Virus record (IMG/VR): IMGVR_UViG_3300035696_000018
Span: 32,001-96,000 of that record
Reading direction: 5' to 3' (one strand)
DNA: 64,000 bases
From: a virus
The position numbers and the translations under genes were made by a program. This document shows, piece by piece, positions 40,993 to 50,944 of the stretch. The notes under the pieces were generated by a model. That model saw only the letters and a program-made list of their open reading frames with translations. It ran no database searches and was not told the DNA's origin. Every line of letters starts with the position of its first letter. Within the stretch, counting starts at the first letter, position 1.

Positions 40993-40998
40993 CTGTAC

Positions 40999-41088
40999 AT
41001 CTCACATCTTGACGTACTCAAGGACGCCGTGGATAAGACCATTGAAATCAAGAAGGAAGGCAACTTCTCGTTCGTAAACTACGAATAA
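40999..41088 (+). pseudogene. orphaned original 3' end of the Rad50/SbcC gene
   Basis: ISHLDVLKDAVDKTIEIKKEGNFSFVNYE* vs ISHIDSIKDMVDKTIEITHDGAIAKVVFE*: 16/29 identical, same length, no start codon. Confidence 0.8.
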
Positions 41089-41123
41089 GGCTATATGTAT
41101 AGGGGAGGCGTCGAGCCTCCCTT

Positions 41124-43766
41124 ATGGCAAAGCAATTACTCTCAAGTTTCGGTAAAAAAGGAGACAGCAGCTACACCACGACTGGTGTATCCCAAGGGCT
41201 TGACCAGATTCAAGTGGATATTGAGGATACTGCTCACCTTTCTCGCTATTTCCAAGTCGTTGAGTTTGACCCCGCATTCACAGCGGGTAAGAATTGTATA
41301 TCATTCAACGGCTCCAGCTTTCTTCAAGACGGTTCCGAAATCAAAGTCGAAGTTCTCGACAATGACGGAAACTCCCTCTATCTTGCTTCCCCTCCCCGTG
41401 GAACCAACTACGTGGACATCGCCAACTTCACTGTGGCGATTTATGTCTATCAGGAGACCGTCAGCGGTGCTGGAAAAGTCATCCTCGTAGGCACCACGAC
41501 AAAAGGTGAAGTTGTCCGATGGACAGGCAACATCAGCATCAATACCACGTACCAAAACGTCTCCCGTGTGCGTTTTTACCACGCCCCGTACATGGAAGTT
41601 CAGCCTTTGCTTTACCCCGTCATTGAGAATCTCACTGGTTCTACATTGACGCAAGATGTTACGATGTCGGGGTCTTTCTACTTACGAGTTGACAATGCGA
41701 ATGGATTTTACACTCCAGGCAGTGCCAACTACGGATACACGCTTCCTTTCAACGCCCGAATAGTTCTGTGGTCTGCACAACCAGGAAATCCAACCGTTCT
41801 GGTGGATTCATTCACTGCCGACATGATTGGGCAACCAATCATACTTCACTATGATTATGCTAGTGCCGTGGTTCCAGGCAGTCCTCCCGTTTACCGATAT
41901 ACTCACGCCGATGTAACAGCCAACATAACATCGGTCAACAGTACTACGGAGATTGTTGTAGATTCAATACCAGTAGGACCGCTGGCCATGCTATCTTCTT
42001 CGGGACAGTTTACTTGTAGTTTTGCCGAGACGGATTACATTCAACAAGCCGTTACTCAACCGATGTATGCTCCCCTCGTCAACAAAACATTGACCAACCC
42101 AGGATTCATGGAAGTAACAGTCTCGACAAATACGTTTACTTCCTCGCTTGTTGGCCAGCAAGTAACATTGACCTATGGGTCAATCTATTTGCTCGGGGCC
42201 AATCTTCCTCCATTCAATCCTGCCGTTATTTCGAGCCGAAACCAACATCCCGTCACGGCAAGTACATTTACAGTTCGAGCGGTCACAGGAAGTCAAGTCA
42301 TTCATACCGACCCGTTTACTTACACAATATACCACGGCAGCGGGTTTTCTACGGTTGCCACGAGTTATACGGCATCCAGAGTTACAGGAAGCATAACGGT
42401 CCTGAGTGCGTCCAATCCATACCAAGGATATGTTAACGCCGCAGGGTCAGCTTCTTTGATGAAGAAGTCCTATGTGGACATCATTTACCGAAATATTGAT
42501 ACCTTTACGGGATATGTTGCCCGCCATAAGCTGTACGCCAAAAGCAACATTTACCCTGGCAACTTCACGCTGATTGATGATACTGTTCTCGGACCAAGTG
42601 AACTGCTAGTGGACCCGATTACAGTCAACAAGAACTTCTCGACGATTGGAACATTTATCAACCAAGACTTCATCAATCAGTATTGGTTTGCGTCTTCGGC
42701 GTCTCTCAACTTGATTTATACGGATAAACCCACGCTGCGTTCGATGATTATCCACCCCACGACTGGATACTCAGGGTCGGATGGAAATTCCTATGTCATT
42801 GTCAAGGCTCAAGCCATTGGAACTGCCAATGATGCCAATTACTATCCTTATGACGAGGCGGCATTTGACCAGTTCTCTGGAACTGGGTACACGTCCAACT
42901 TCATTTTCCTACAAGAGGGAACTCTCTACAGGCTACAAGCCAGTATGAGTATCAACAAGAATCTAACTGATACGGCCACGGTCATGTTTTTCTTTACGAG
43001 TTCCATCCCGAGTATATCAAACGAAACGTCTTACAATCCGCAGTTTGGGTGGAAGCTTGGCGAGATTGTTGTTGGCGATAAAGTGACTAGCAGAATATTC
43101 CCGTCCCCTCAACAACTCTTCTTCACTCCATTGAATGACTACTATGGGACGCTTGTCATCGTTCCTATAGGGTGTGAAGTCATAATCTCTGCCGTTTCGT
43201 TACAGAACTACGGGGATTATGGATTCTCTCCGCAATCAGCCGTAGTTCAGATTCCATTCCCCGTCAACATCGCTAACGAAAAGTGGACGCTCAAGGCCGA
43301 ACTTTTCGACAGCAACTACAATTTGGTCTATACACTGTCACCAGTGGTGCAATCTTTCGACCCATCGGGGGCGAGCCTTTATGGTAACAGCATCATTGGG
43401 ACTGGCACGAGCACGGGCGGGAATAGCACGGTAAACTCGTTGACCATAACCAACAACCTCTACTTACCAAACATCGGGGAGGCTTTAACGCCGCACCGAT
43501 TGTTGGGGTATAACATCCCAACCCATAATCCTCCGCTCTCTGGCGAAGGCTCCCTTGGATATACAGATGTCTCCGACCTGTCTCTAATCCCCACCAACAA
43601 CAACGGAGTGGTTACATCCAAGGACTACATTAACGTCAATACGGTTGAAAGCGGAACCCCATTTTCTGGCCGTTCCATCGCCGTCAGATATAGTGGAAGT
43701 GCCCCAAATCCCTATGGCAGGAGGGTTTATGTGGATACAACGGGCACAAAATACACGTATTCTTAA
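41124..43766 (+). CDS. virion structural protein
   Basis: S/T/G- and beta-rich 880-aa protein; late motif upstream. Confidence 0.55.
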   Translation: MAKQLLSSFGKKGDSSYTTTGVSQGLDQIQVDIEDTAHLSRYFQVVEFDPAFTAGKNCISFNGSSFLQDGSEIKVEVLDNDGNSLYLASPPRGTNYVDIANFTVAIYVYQETVSGAGKVILVGTTTKGEVVRWTGNISINTTYQNVSRVRFYHAPYMEVQPLLYPVIENLTGSTLTQDVTMSGSFYLRVDNANGFYTPGSANYGYTLPFNARIVLWSAQPGNPTVLVDSFTADMIGQPIILHYDYASAVVPGSPPVYRYTHADVTANITSVNSTTEIVVDSIPVGPLAMLSSSGQFTCSFAETDYIQQAVTQPMYAPLVNKTLTNPGFMEVTVSTNTFTSSLVGQQVTLTYGSIYLLGANLPPFNPAVISSRNQHPVTASTFTVRAVTGSQVIHTDPFTYTIYHGSGFSTVATSYTASRVTGSITVLSASNPYQGYVNAAGSASLMKKSYVDIIYRNIDTFTGYVARHKLYAKSNIYPGNFTLIDDTVLGPSELLVDPITVNKNFSTIGTFINQDFINQYWFASSASLNLIYTDKPTLRSMIIHPTTGYSGSDGNSYVIVKAQAIGTANDANYYPYDEAAFDQFSGTGYTSNFIFLQEGTLYRLQASMSINKNLTDTATVMFFFTSSIPSISNETSYNPQFGWKLGEIVVGDKVTSRIFPSPQQLFFTPLNDYYGTLVIVPIGCEVIISAVSLQNYGDYGFSPQSAVVQIPFPVNIANEKWTLKAELFDSNYNLVYTLSPVVQSFDPSGASLYGNSIIGTGTSTGGNSTVNSLTITNNLYLPNIGEALTPHRLLGYNIPTHNPPLSGEGSLGYTDVSDLSLIPTNNNGVVTSKDYINVNTVESGTPFSGRSIAVRYSGSAPNPYGRRVYVDTTGTKYTYS

Positions 43767-43797
43767 GGTTTTGAGTTTGATGTAGATATTTATCTAT

Positions 43798-44460
43798 GTG
43801 AACGAATGGTCAAAAACAGGAGTCTATCTTATAAAAAATGTCATAAATGGACATTGCTATGTAGGAAGTACTTCTTCTCGGTGGGGAATAAATCACAGGG
43901 TAAGTAATCATATAAGTGATTTGAAAAAAGGAATACATCATTCTCAAATACTCCAACGAGCGTGGAATAAGTATGGAGAAAGCAGTTTTTCCACAGAAAT
44001 TTTGGAAGAGTGTTCACCAGAAGATTGTCTTGAGCGAGAACAACACTATCTTGATACTTTAAGACCATACTACAATATCCACAAAGTTGCAGGAAGTCCC
44101 CGAGGAAGAGTTGTATCCGAGGAAACGAAATCAAAAATATCGGCTGCGTTGACGGGGAGAAAACTTTCTCCAGACCATAAGAAAAAAATCTCTGAGTCTT
44201 TGAGAGGGAAGCCCTTAACAAAAGAACATATAGAGAAAGTTAACGCATCGTTGATAGGGAAGCGTAAAACTGGAAGGGAAAATGGAAGATTTACCGGGTG
44301 TTTCGTGTTTGAAAATACAGAAACCTTGGAAAAGTTCATAGGAGGGAAATTTGAACTGGCGAAAACCTATGGATTGGATTTATCGGGCATATCAAAAATA
44401 TGCCTTGGAAAAAGAAAATCCTATAGAAAATGGATTTGTTTAGGAAAGGACCAAATATGA
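43798..44460 (+). CDS. GIY-YIG homing endonuclease with NUMOD3 repeats
   Basis: GVYLIKN..CYVGS..R..H..LQRAWNKYG..REQHYLD..YN; SEETKSKIS. Confidence 0.9.
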   Translation: MNEWSKTGVYLIKNVINGHCYVGSTSSRWGINHRVSNHISDLKKGIHHSQILQRAWNKYGESSFSTEILEECSPEDCLEREQHYLDTLRPYYNIHKVAGSPRGRVVSEETKSKISAALTGRKLSPDHKKKISESLRGKPLTKEHIEKVNASLIGKRKTGRENGRFTGCFVFENTETLEKFIGGKFELAKTYGLDLSGISKICLGKRKSYRKWICLGKDQI

Positions 44461-45119
44461 AGAATAACATAGAGATAATCAAAGATTATTTGGCGGGCGA
44501 ACGTCCCGTGAGTGTGTTTGGTTATACTGGCAAGAAATACGCCCCACGGGCCGTAGGAGAGCATTGGACAGACCCCAAGGGTCAAGAGTGGGAACAATTA
44601 GCCAGCGGCCCTCGTAAGGTCAACAGAGTGGCAAATATCGTCCGTGAGGCGATAGGCGTCCAGAAATGCCGATGTGGGCAGGACATCAAGTGGGGAAATA
44701 AACGAGACCGTCTTTTTTATAACAAGACTGGACTTTGTGAGGGATGCCTCATTGATTACGAGACCAAGTTGCATGTTTTGGGCATCTACCCCGACTATGA
44801 GAAGTACAAGTTGGCTTCGAACGAGTTGGGAGCCACGAAGGATTTGAAGGAAAAGATTAAGGAAACCATCAAATACTTCACTGGAAATGATACAGACGTA
44901 ACCATGCTATGCAACTCGGAAGGGTTCATGGAACGGTGGAAGACCACCAATAAGGACCAAATTCTGTCTGATGCCAAAAAAGATTTGAAGGAGGCTCGTC
45001 GCCGCATTGAAGCGTTGACGAAAATCCGTGACGAGTTCAAGAAAAAATACGAATCAGCCGCAGCCAAATTCAATCTGGAAATTCTATGTCAGACGGAAAA
45101 GTCAGCTATCAAGAGCTAA
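44457..45119 (+). CDS. hypothetical protein upstream of terminase
   Basis: ATGA overlap with the GIY-YIG stop; CxC/CxxC and a coiled coil. Confidence 0.55.
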   Translation: MKNNIEIIKDYLAGERPVSVFGYTGKKYAPRAVGEHWTDPKGQEWEQLASGPRKVNRVANIVREAIGVQKCRCGQDIKWGNKRDRLFYNKTGLCEGCLIDYETKLHVLGIYPDYEKYKLASNELGATKDLKEKIKETIKYFTGNDTDVTMLCNSEGFMERWKTTNKDQILSDAKKDLKEARRRIEALTKIRDEFKKKYESAAAKFNLEILCQTEKSAIKS

Positions 45120-46732
45120 TCAAAGAAGAATATCGTAAGTGCTTGGAGTCCCCCGTGTACTTCATGAAGCACTACGTCAAGATTAAGCACCCAATTCGTG
45201 GAACCATTCTCTTCGACCTATTCAAGTTCCAAGAGGAAACCCTCCAAGCGTTCCACGATTACAAGTTCAACATCATCCTCAAGTCTCGACAGATGGGTAT
45301 TTCAACCCTTGTCGCCGCTTATTCCCTATGGACAATGTTGTTCTTTCCCGACAAAAACGTTCTCCTGATTTCATTGAAACAGGACGATGCCAAGGACGTT
45401 CTTACCAAGGTTCGTGATGCTTATGCTACTCTTCCAAACTGGCTCAAAATCAAGATGGTTGAAGACAATCGTCTGTCCATCCGATTCGCCAACGGCTCTT
45501 CTATCAAGGCCGCATCCACGACCAAGAAGTCGGGTGTTGGTCAAGCACTTTCCCTCCTAATCATTGACGAAGCCGCACTCATTGAAGATGCCGAAGACCT
45601 TTGGACTTCGGCTCAACCAACTCTGTCAACGGGTGGTAACGGCATTGTGCTTTCAACTCCCCGTGGTGTTGGTAACTGGTTTCACAAAATGTGGGTCGGT
45701 GCTGAGACTGACAACCCCGATAACAAGACGGGAAAGAATGGATTCCATCCTATTACTTTGCCGTGGCATCTTCACCCCGAACGTGATGAAGAGTGGCGTC
45801 GGGTTGAGGGCGAAAAACAAGGCAACCCCAAGAAAGCCGCACAGGAGTATGATTGCAACTTCCTCGCCAGCGGTGATAACGTGGTTGACTTGAACATCAT
45901 TGAGTTCTACAAGAAGAACAAAGCCTGTGACCCACAAGAAACCCGTGGATTTGATAAGAATCTATGGATTTGGGAATACCCCGATAGGACTCACGTTTAC
46001 GTAGTTGCTGCTGACGTGGCCCGTGGCGATGGTCTTGACTATTCGGCCTGCCATGTTCTCGACATCAGTAGAGAAAAACCCGTTCAAGTAGCCGAATACA
46101 AAGGCAAGATTGGAACAAAGGATTTCGGAGATTTCCTCGTTGCCCTTGCCACAGAGTACAACAGTGCTTTGCTTGTAATCGAGCGTGAAAACGTGGGATG
46201 GGGCACAATCCAAGAGGTTCTTGACCGTGGATATTCTCATACTTTCTACAGTTCTGCTGACTTGAAGTACGTTGACGTTCAGCGTCAACTCAACAACAAC
46301 TGGGCGTCCGAAGAAAAGAAACTCGTCCCAGGATTCAGCACGAACATCAAGACTCGCCCGCTCGTAGTGGACAACATGGAACACTACATGAGGTTTATGG
46401 CAGTGGAGATTCGCTCGAAGCGAACACTGGCCGAGTTAGAGACTTTCATCTGGAAGAATGGTAAAGCAATCGCAATGGAAGGATACAACGACGACTTAAC
46501 AATGGCGTTGTGTATCGGCCTTTGGGTGCGTGACACCGCACTGCGTCTGCGTCAAGAAGGCATTGAATTGACGAAGATTGCGGTGGGTGCTATTGGTGCC
46601 AATCGGATGGACCAAACTCCCTTCTATAAGGTCAAGCAGGCTCAAGTTGGACGTAATTCGTGGACCATGAACCTCGGTCGTGTGGGGCATGGAAAACAAA
46701 ATACGGAAGATTTGAAGTGGCTATTGGGCTAA
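45086..46732 (+). CDS. terminase large subunit (gp17-like)
   Basis: KSRQMGIST Walker A, LIIDEAA Walker B, STPRG, ADVARG..D nuclease, NDDL.MA. Confidence 0.95.
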   Translation: MSDGKVSYQELIKEEYRKCLESPVYFMKHYVKIKHPIRGTILFDLFKFQEETLQAFHDYKFNIILKSRQMGISTLVAAYSLWTMLFFPDKNVLLISLKQDDAKDVLTKVRDAYATLPNWLKIKMVEDNRLSIRFANGSSIKAASTTKKSGVGQALSLLIIDEAALIEDAEDLWTSAQPTLSTGGNGIVLSTPRGVGNWFHKMWVGAETDNPDNKTGKNGFHPITLPWHLHPERDEEWRRVEGEKQGNPKKAAQEYDCNFLASGDNVVDLNIIEFYKKNKACDPQETRGFDKNLWIWEYPDRTHVYVVAADVARGDGLDYSACHVLDISREKPVQVAEYKGKIGTKDFGDFLVALATEYNSALLVIERENVGWGTIQEVLDRGYSHTFYSSADLKYVDVQRQLNNNWASEEKKLVPGFSTNIKTRPLVVDNMEHYMRFMAVEIRSKRTLAELETFIWKNGKAIAMEGYNDDLTMALCIGLWVRDTALRLRQEGIELTKIAVGAIGANRMDQTPFYKVKQAQVGRNSWTMNLGRVGHGKQNTEDLKWLLG

Positions 46733-46809
46733 GTCGGGAATATTTATAAGAAGACGAATGCCCGCAGGAGGGGTGTTCATACACATACACACAACAAAAA
46801 AGGAAGCAT

Positions 46810-49800
46810 ATGCCAACAACTCCAAACAATCCATCTACTCTAAAGCCGTTTGACGACGAGATTCTTGACGTAAAGAAGCAGTCGTTGTACGCACGCTTGA
46901 AGAGACTGTTCTCCACAGACGTTATTGTACGTAACGTCGGAGGAAAACAGCTTAAGATAAAAGATACGGATAGTATCATGTACGCCACGGATAGGAACTC
47001 CCTCCGTGACCGATACAATCGCATCCGTTCAACAGCGTATAACGCTTACACCCGTGACTTTGCATTGTCATACCAAGCGGCCCGTATGGACCTCTTTCGT
47101 GACTATGATTGCGTAGGACCAGATACCATTATTCCATTACCCGATGGGTCTCGTCCCACCATAGCAGAACTTGCCGAGAAATATAAAAACCGACCCCAAG
47201 AGAGGTTTTTGGTGTTTTCATATGACCACGAAACCAATTCCGTAAAACTTGGAAAAGCATATCATCCTCGTAAAAAAGACGGAGGAACACGGAAAGCGTG
47301 GAAAGTCATCTTTGATAATGGACAACATGTCGTTGGAAGTGCGGGGCATCCATTCTTGATGCGAAATGGGGAATATAAGAAACTTGAAGATTTAACGGTG
47401 GGAGAGTCGGTAATGCCGTTCTATCAAAAAGATTTCTACAATAATGGATACCGCTCTATTTACAACTTTTCCAAAGGATGGCAGTCGGAACATGTTATTG
47501 TTGCCGAACAATTCGTGCGTTCTCTAAAATCGAGTGAAGTGGTTCACCACAAAGATTTTAACAAGACGAATAATCTTCCATCAAACCTTCAAATCATGTC
47601 TGAGGCAGACCATAAGGCATTTCATATGCATCTCAATAATGCAATCATATGGTCTCCTGAAAACAAACAAAAGACCATCGAAAAGGTTCAATCATCCGAA
47701 GGTTATAAAAACAGAAAGTGTCACAAATGGAATGGAGAACGAGTTGGAAAAAATAATCCATTCTACGGAAAATATCATTCCAAGGAATCCAATACATTGA
47801 GAAGTAAATCTCTCAAAACTGTGTTTGAAACACGAAATCAATTAGGAAGTAACAACCCGAATTATTGTGAATTGACATATAATGAATTACAGAATGTTTG
47901 TAAAAGTTATTACCTGATGTTTGGAAACTTGAGTGTTCATCGTATTGCTAAGTTTATGCACTATGATTACTCAACAGTTCAACGCAGAATAAAAGAACAA
48001 GGGATGGATTGGAGAACGTTCAAGCAAAATACTATTGCGTCTATAAACCACAAAATAACCGCCATTGAATACGTGGGGGAAATGGAAGTTTACGATGTTA
48101 CAGTGGAGAAGTATAAAAACTTTGCTACTGATAGTTGTTTCGTTCACAACACAATGGACATGGACCCCATTCTTTCCTCGGCACTGGACATCTATGCCGA
48201 TGAATGTCTTACCTACAACGAAGTGGGTAAGATGATTACGGTTCACTCCAATAACAACAACGTGAAGCGTATTCTTGAGAACCTCTTCGATGAGATTCTC
48301 AATGTTCGTTTCAACTTGTGGTCGTGGACTCGTAACATGTGCAAGTACGGAGATTTCTATCTCAAACTGTACATCACCCCTGAATACGGCATCTACATGG
48401 TTGAGCCAATCTCGGCTTACAACGTAGAACGTATCGAGAACTCAGACCCTTCCAACAAACGCTATGTCAAGTTCCAACTCCGACCTACCGATACATCGCA
48501 GGCGGAAATCCTTGAGAACTATGAAGTAGCACACTTCCGACTCATTTCAGACAGCAACTTCCTTCCGTATGGTAAATCCATGATTGAAGGTGCTCGCCGT
48601 GTCTGGAAGCAGCTTTCACTGATGGAGGACGCAATGTTGATTAGTCGTATCATGCGTGCTCCCGAGCGTCGTATTTTCTACACTGACATTGGTAACATCC
48701 CACCAAACGAAGTGGACGCCTACATGCAGAAAATGATGGATAAGATGAAGAAGGTTCCATACATTGACGAGCAGACGGGCGAATACAACCTTCGCTTCAA
48801 TCTCCAGAACATGATTGAAGATTACTACATCCCAGTTCGTGGTGGTGATAGCGGAACTAAGATTGATACCCTAGCGGGTATGGAATGGACGGGCATTGAC
48901 GACCTTGAGTACATCAAGACGAAGATGATGGCCGCACTCAAGATTCCAAAAGCATTCTTAGGCTATGAGGAAGGCATCTCTGGCAAGGCAACATTGGCGT
49001 CGGAGGACGTACGCTTTGCCCGTACCATCCAACGTTTACAGCGTATTATCGCATCCGAACTCAGCAAGATTGCTATCGTTCACTTGTATGCCCAAGGCTA
49101 CCGTGACGAGTCTCTTGTTGACTTCGAGATTGAGTTGACCAACCCATCAACCATTTTCGAACAGGAAAAGGTTGAAATCTGGCAGGACAAAATCAGCGTG
49201 GCCATTGACATGGTTGAGAACAAGTTCTTCTCCTACGCTTGGGTGTACAAGAACATCTTTAACATGTCCGAAGACGACATCAAGGAAGTCAAAGAACAGG
49301 TCGTTGACGATGCCAAGCAGAAGTACCGCCTTACCAAGATTGAAGAGGATGGTGATGACCCAGCCAAGCCGTTCAAGAAGATTGGTAAAGGAAAGGGTGA
49401 AGACGACGACGATGAAGGAGGTCTTGGAGACCTTGACATCGGTGGTGGACATGGTGGAGGCGGCGGCGGTGGTTCATTGCCCGACCTCGACGACCTCGGA
49501 GACGAGGAAGGACCAGAAGGAGATAAGGATAAGGAAGGTGAAGAGGGAGAAGAGGATAAGGACGAAGAAATTCCAGACCTCAAGAAAATCAAGGAGTCAA
49601 CGGAAGAGCCTCGGGTGGATGACAGGGACCGAAGTGATAGGGACCAGTCTGACCGAGACCAAGAGGGTGAGAAAAAGACGCCCGCTATTCCCGAAGACCC
49701 AATTGGAAAACTCGCTCGAACCGAGACTCCAAAGAAGAAGAGTGAAGGCAAGCCAGTCAGTGCCATTTCTCACAATTACGAAGGCGGTTCCCCGCTCCGA

Positions 49801-49965
49801 ATCAAGGAAGTTCACAAAGAGAAACCAGTCATGGACAAAGGGATGATTGGCGGATTGGCTGAATTCCTGACCAAAACACACGGAGATACCAAAAAGGAAC
49901 TCCTTGCCGAAGCCCAGATAACTGGAAGCAAGTCAATGTTGGACCCATCCAACATTTTAGAATAA
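46810..49965 (+). CDS. portal protein (gp20-like) with intein and acidic C-terminal extension
   Basis: PYGKSMIE..LMEDAMLI.RIMRAPERRIFY.DIGNIP..EDYYIPVRG..IDTLAG..ALKIP. Confidence 0.92.
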   Translation: MPTTPNNPSTLKPFDDEILDVKKQSLYARLKRLFSTDVIVRNVGGKQLKIKDTDSIMYATDRNSLRDRYNRIRSTAYNAYTRDFALSYQAARMDLFRDYDCVGPDTIIPLPDGSRPTIAELAEKYKNRPQERFLVFSYDHETNSVKLGKAYHPRKKDGGTRKAWKVIFDNGQHVVGSAGHPFLMRNGEYKKLEDLTVGESVMPFYQKDFYNNGYRSIYNFSKGWQSEHVIVAEQFVRSLKSSEVVHHKDFNKTNNLPSNLQIMSEADHKAFHMHLNNAIIWSPENKQKTIEKVQSSEGYKNRKCHKWNGERVGKNNPFYGKYHSKESNTLRSKSLKTVFETRNQLGSNNPNYCELTYNELQNVCKSYYLMFGNLSVHRIAKFMHYDYSTVQRRIKEQGMDWRTFKQNTIASINHKITAIEYVGEMEVYDVTVEKYKNFATDSCFVHNTMDMDPILSSALDIYADECLTYNEVGKMITVHSNNNNVKRILENLFDEILNVRFNLWSWTRNMCKYGDFYLKLYITPEYGIYMVEPISAYNVERIENSDPSNKRYVKFQLRPTDTSQAEILENYEVAHFRLISDSNFLPYGKSMIEGARRVWKQLSLMEDAMLISRIMRAPERRIFYTDIGNIPPNEVDAYMQKMMDKMKKVPYIDEQTGEYNLRFNLQNMIEDYYIPVRGGDSGTKIDTLAGMEWTGIDDLEYIKTKMMAALKIPKAFLGYEEGISGKATLASEDVRFARTIQRLQRIIASELSKIAIVHLYAQGYRDESLVDFEIELTNPSTIFEQEKVEIWQDKISVAIDMVENKFFSYAWVYKNIFNMSEDDIKEVKEQVVDDAKQKYRLTKIEEDGDDPAKPFKKIGKGKGEDDDDEGGLGDLDIGGGHGGGGGGGSLPDLDDLGDEEGPEGDKDKEGEEGEEDKDEEIPDLKKIKESTEEPRVDDRDRSDRDQSDRDQEGEKKTPAIPEDPIGKLARTETPKKKSEGKPVSAISHNYEGGSPLRIKEVHKEKPVMDKGMIGGLAEFLTKTHGDTKKELLAEAQITGSKSMLDPSNILE
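47110..48150 (+). mobile_element. intein (347 aa) with HNH + NUMOD3 homing endonuclease
   Basis: DYD|CVGPDT...HPF...VYDVTVEKYKNFA...FVHN|T; VHHKDFNKTNN..NL; NPFYGKYHS. Confidence 0.9.
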
Positions 49966-50047
49966 GTCGTACGTATCTCTATACAAACTTGGAAGTTTAG
50001 CCTCGTTTGTCTATATTTATAATCGTTGAAGAGAAACGTCAAATACT

Positions 50048-50944
50048 ATGCAGAAAAGAATGCGTCATTCCAAATTCCGTAATACCGGCATCCTGTTTGA
50101 GCTACTCACCAAGCAGGTAACTGCCGATATTATTTCGGGTAAGGAGTCATCGCCAGCCCAACAATTGCTCCGTAAGTACTTCCGTGAGAGCAGCGAGTTG
50201 GGGAGGGAATGGCAACTCTACAACACGCTCTTGACCGAGCGGATAAAGGACGAGCCACATGCCGAGCGATTTTTCTCCGTGATTTTGGAAGCCCGCAAGA
50301 AATTGAATAGTCGAAAACTCTCTCTTCTCAAGTACGATTTAATCAAGGAAGTCAAGGAAGCATATCCCATCGAAGAAATGCTGAAAGCACCCGTCAAAAA
50401 CTATCGGGTCTTGGCTTCCATATACAAAGTTTTTGAAGACGTGGTGTCCTCGGAAAAGAAGTTTGATGTCAAAGAAGTGTATCAGGCGAAAAACTGCATA
50501 GTCGAACACATCGTTGATAAAAGACCAGTTACGCATTCCGAAGACGAACTCATCAACTATTATCAGACTCAGACTGAGGACATCCGTCTTCTCACTTACA
50601 AGCTTCTGTGTGAGAAATTCAATGAGAAGTATGCCAGCACATTGGATGAAGACCAGAAAGCAGTTTTGCGTGAATACATCTGCAACGTCGCCAACACGAA
50701 TAACTTCGATGTATTCGTTAAGCAAAAGGTTGCCCAGATTAAGAAGTCCCTGACCGAAGCGATTGATAGAATCAAGGACTCGGATGTGATGAAAATCAAG
50801 ATTCGTGAGGTTGTCAACCAGCTTGATAAAATCAACCCCGGCAAAATCGTTAAGGACAATCACGTCATGGTATTGATGCTCTCCTACGAGTTGCTGAAAG
50901 AAGTCAAGAAGCAATTGGAAGGAAAGCACCATGATAGTAGATAA
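50048..50944 (+). CDS. hypothetical head-module protein
   Basis: Helical 298-aa ORF directly after the portal; late motif upstream. Confidence 0.6.
   Translation: MQKRMRHSKFRNTGILFELLTKQVTADIISGKESSPAQQLLRKYFRESSELGREWQLYNTLLTERIKDEPHAERFFSVILEARKKLNSRKLSLLKYDLIKEVKEAYPIEEMLKAPVKNYRVLASIYKVFEDVVSSEKKFDVKEVYQAKNCIVEHIVDKRPVTHSEDELINYYQTQTEDIRLLTYKLLCEKFNEKYASTLDEDQKAVLREYICNVANTNNFDVFVKQKVAQIKKSLTEAIDRIKDSDVMKIKIREVVNQLDKINPGKIVKDNHVMVLMLSYELLKEVKKQLEGKHHDSR

Larger units (their letters stand above)
38398..40998 (+). mobile_element. inserted cassette: replacement Rad50 3' end + homing endonuclease + EndoVII + DNA methylase + terminator
   Basis: Bracketed by two homologous copies of the Rad50 C-terminal 29 codons (38398-38487 and 40999-41088). 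The left boundary is approximate. Confidence 0.65.

Noticed and set aside
38488-40998. Group I intron explanation for the duplicated Rad50 end
   Set aside because: The upstream gene is already complete with a stop, the insert contains its own promoters and a strong terminator, and I saw no intron core elements.
46733-46809. tRNA or structured ncRNA in intergenic gaps
   Set aside because: The gaps are short, and no cloverleaf or T-loop consensus was recognised.
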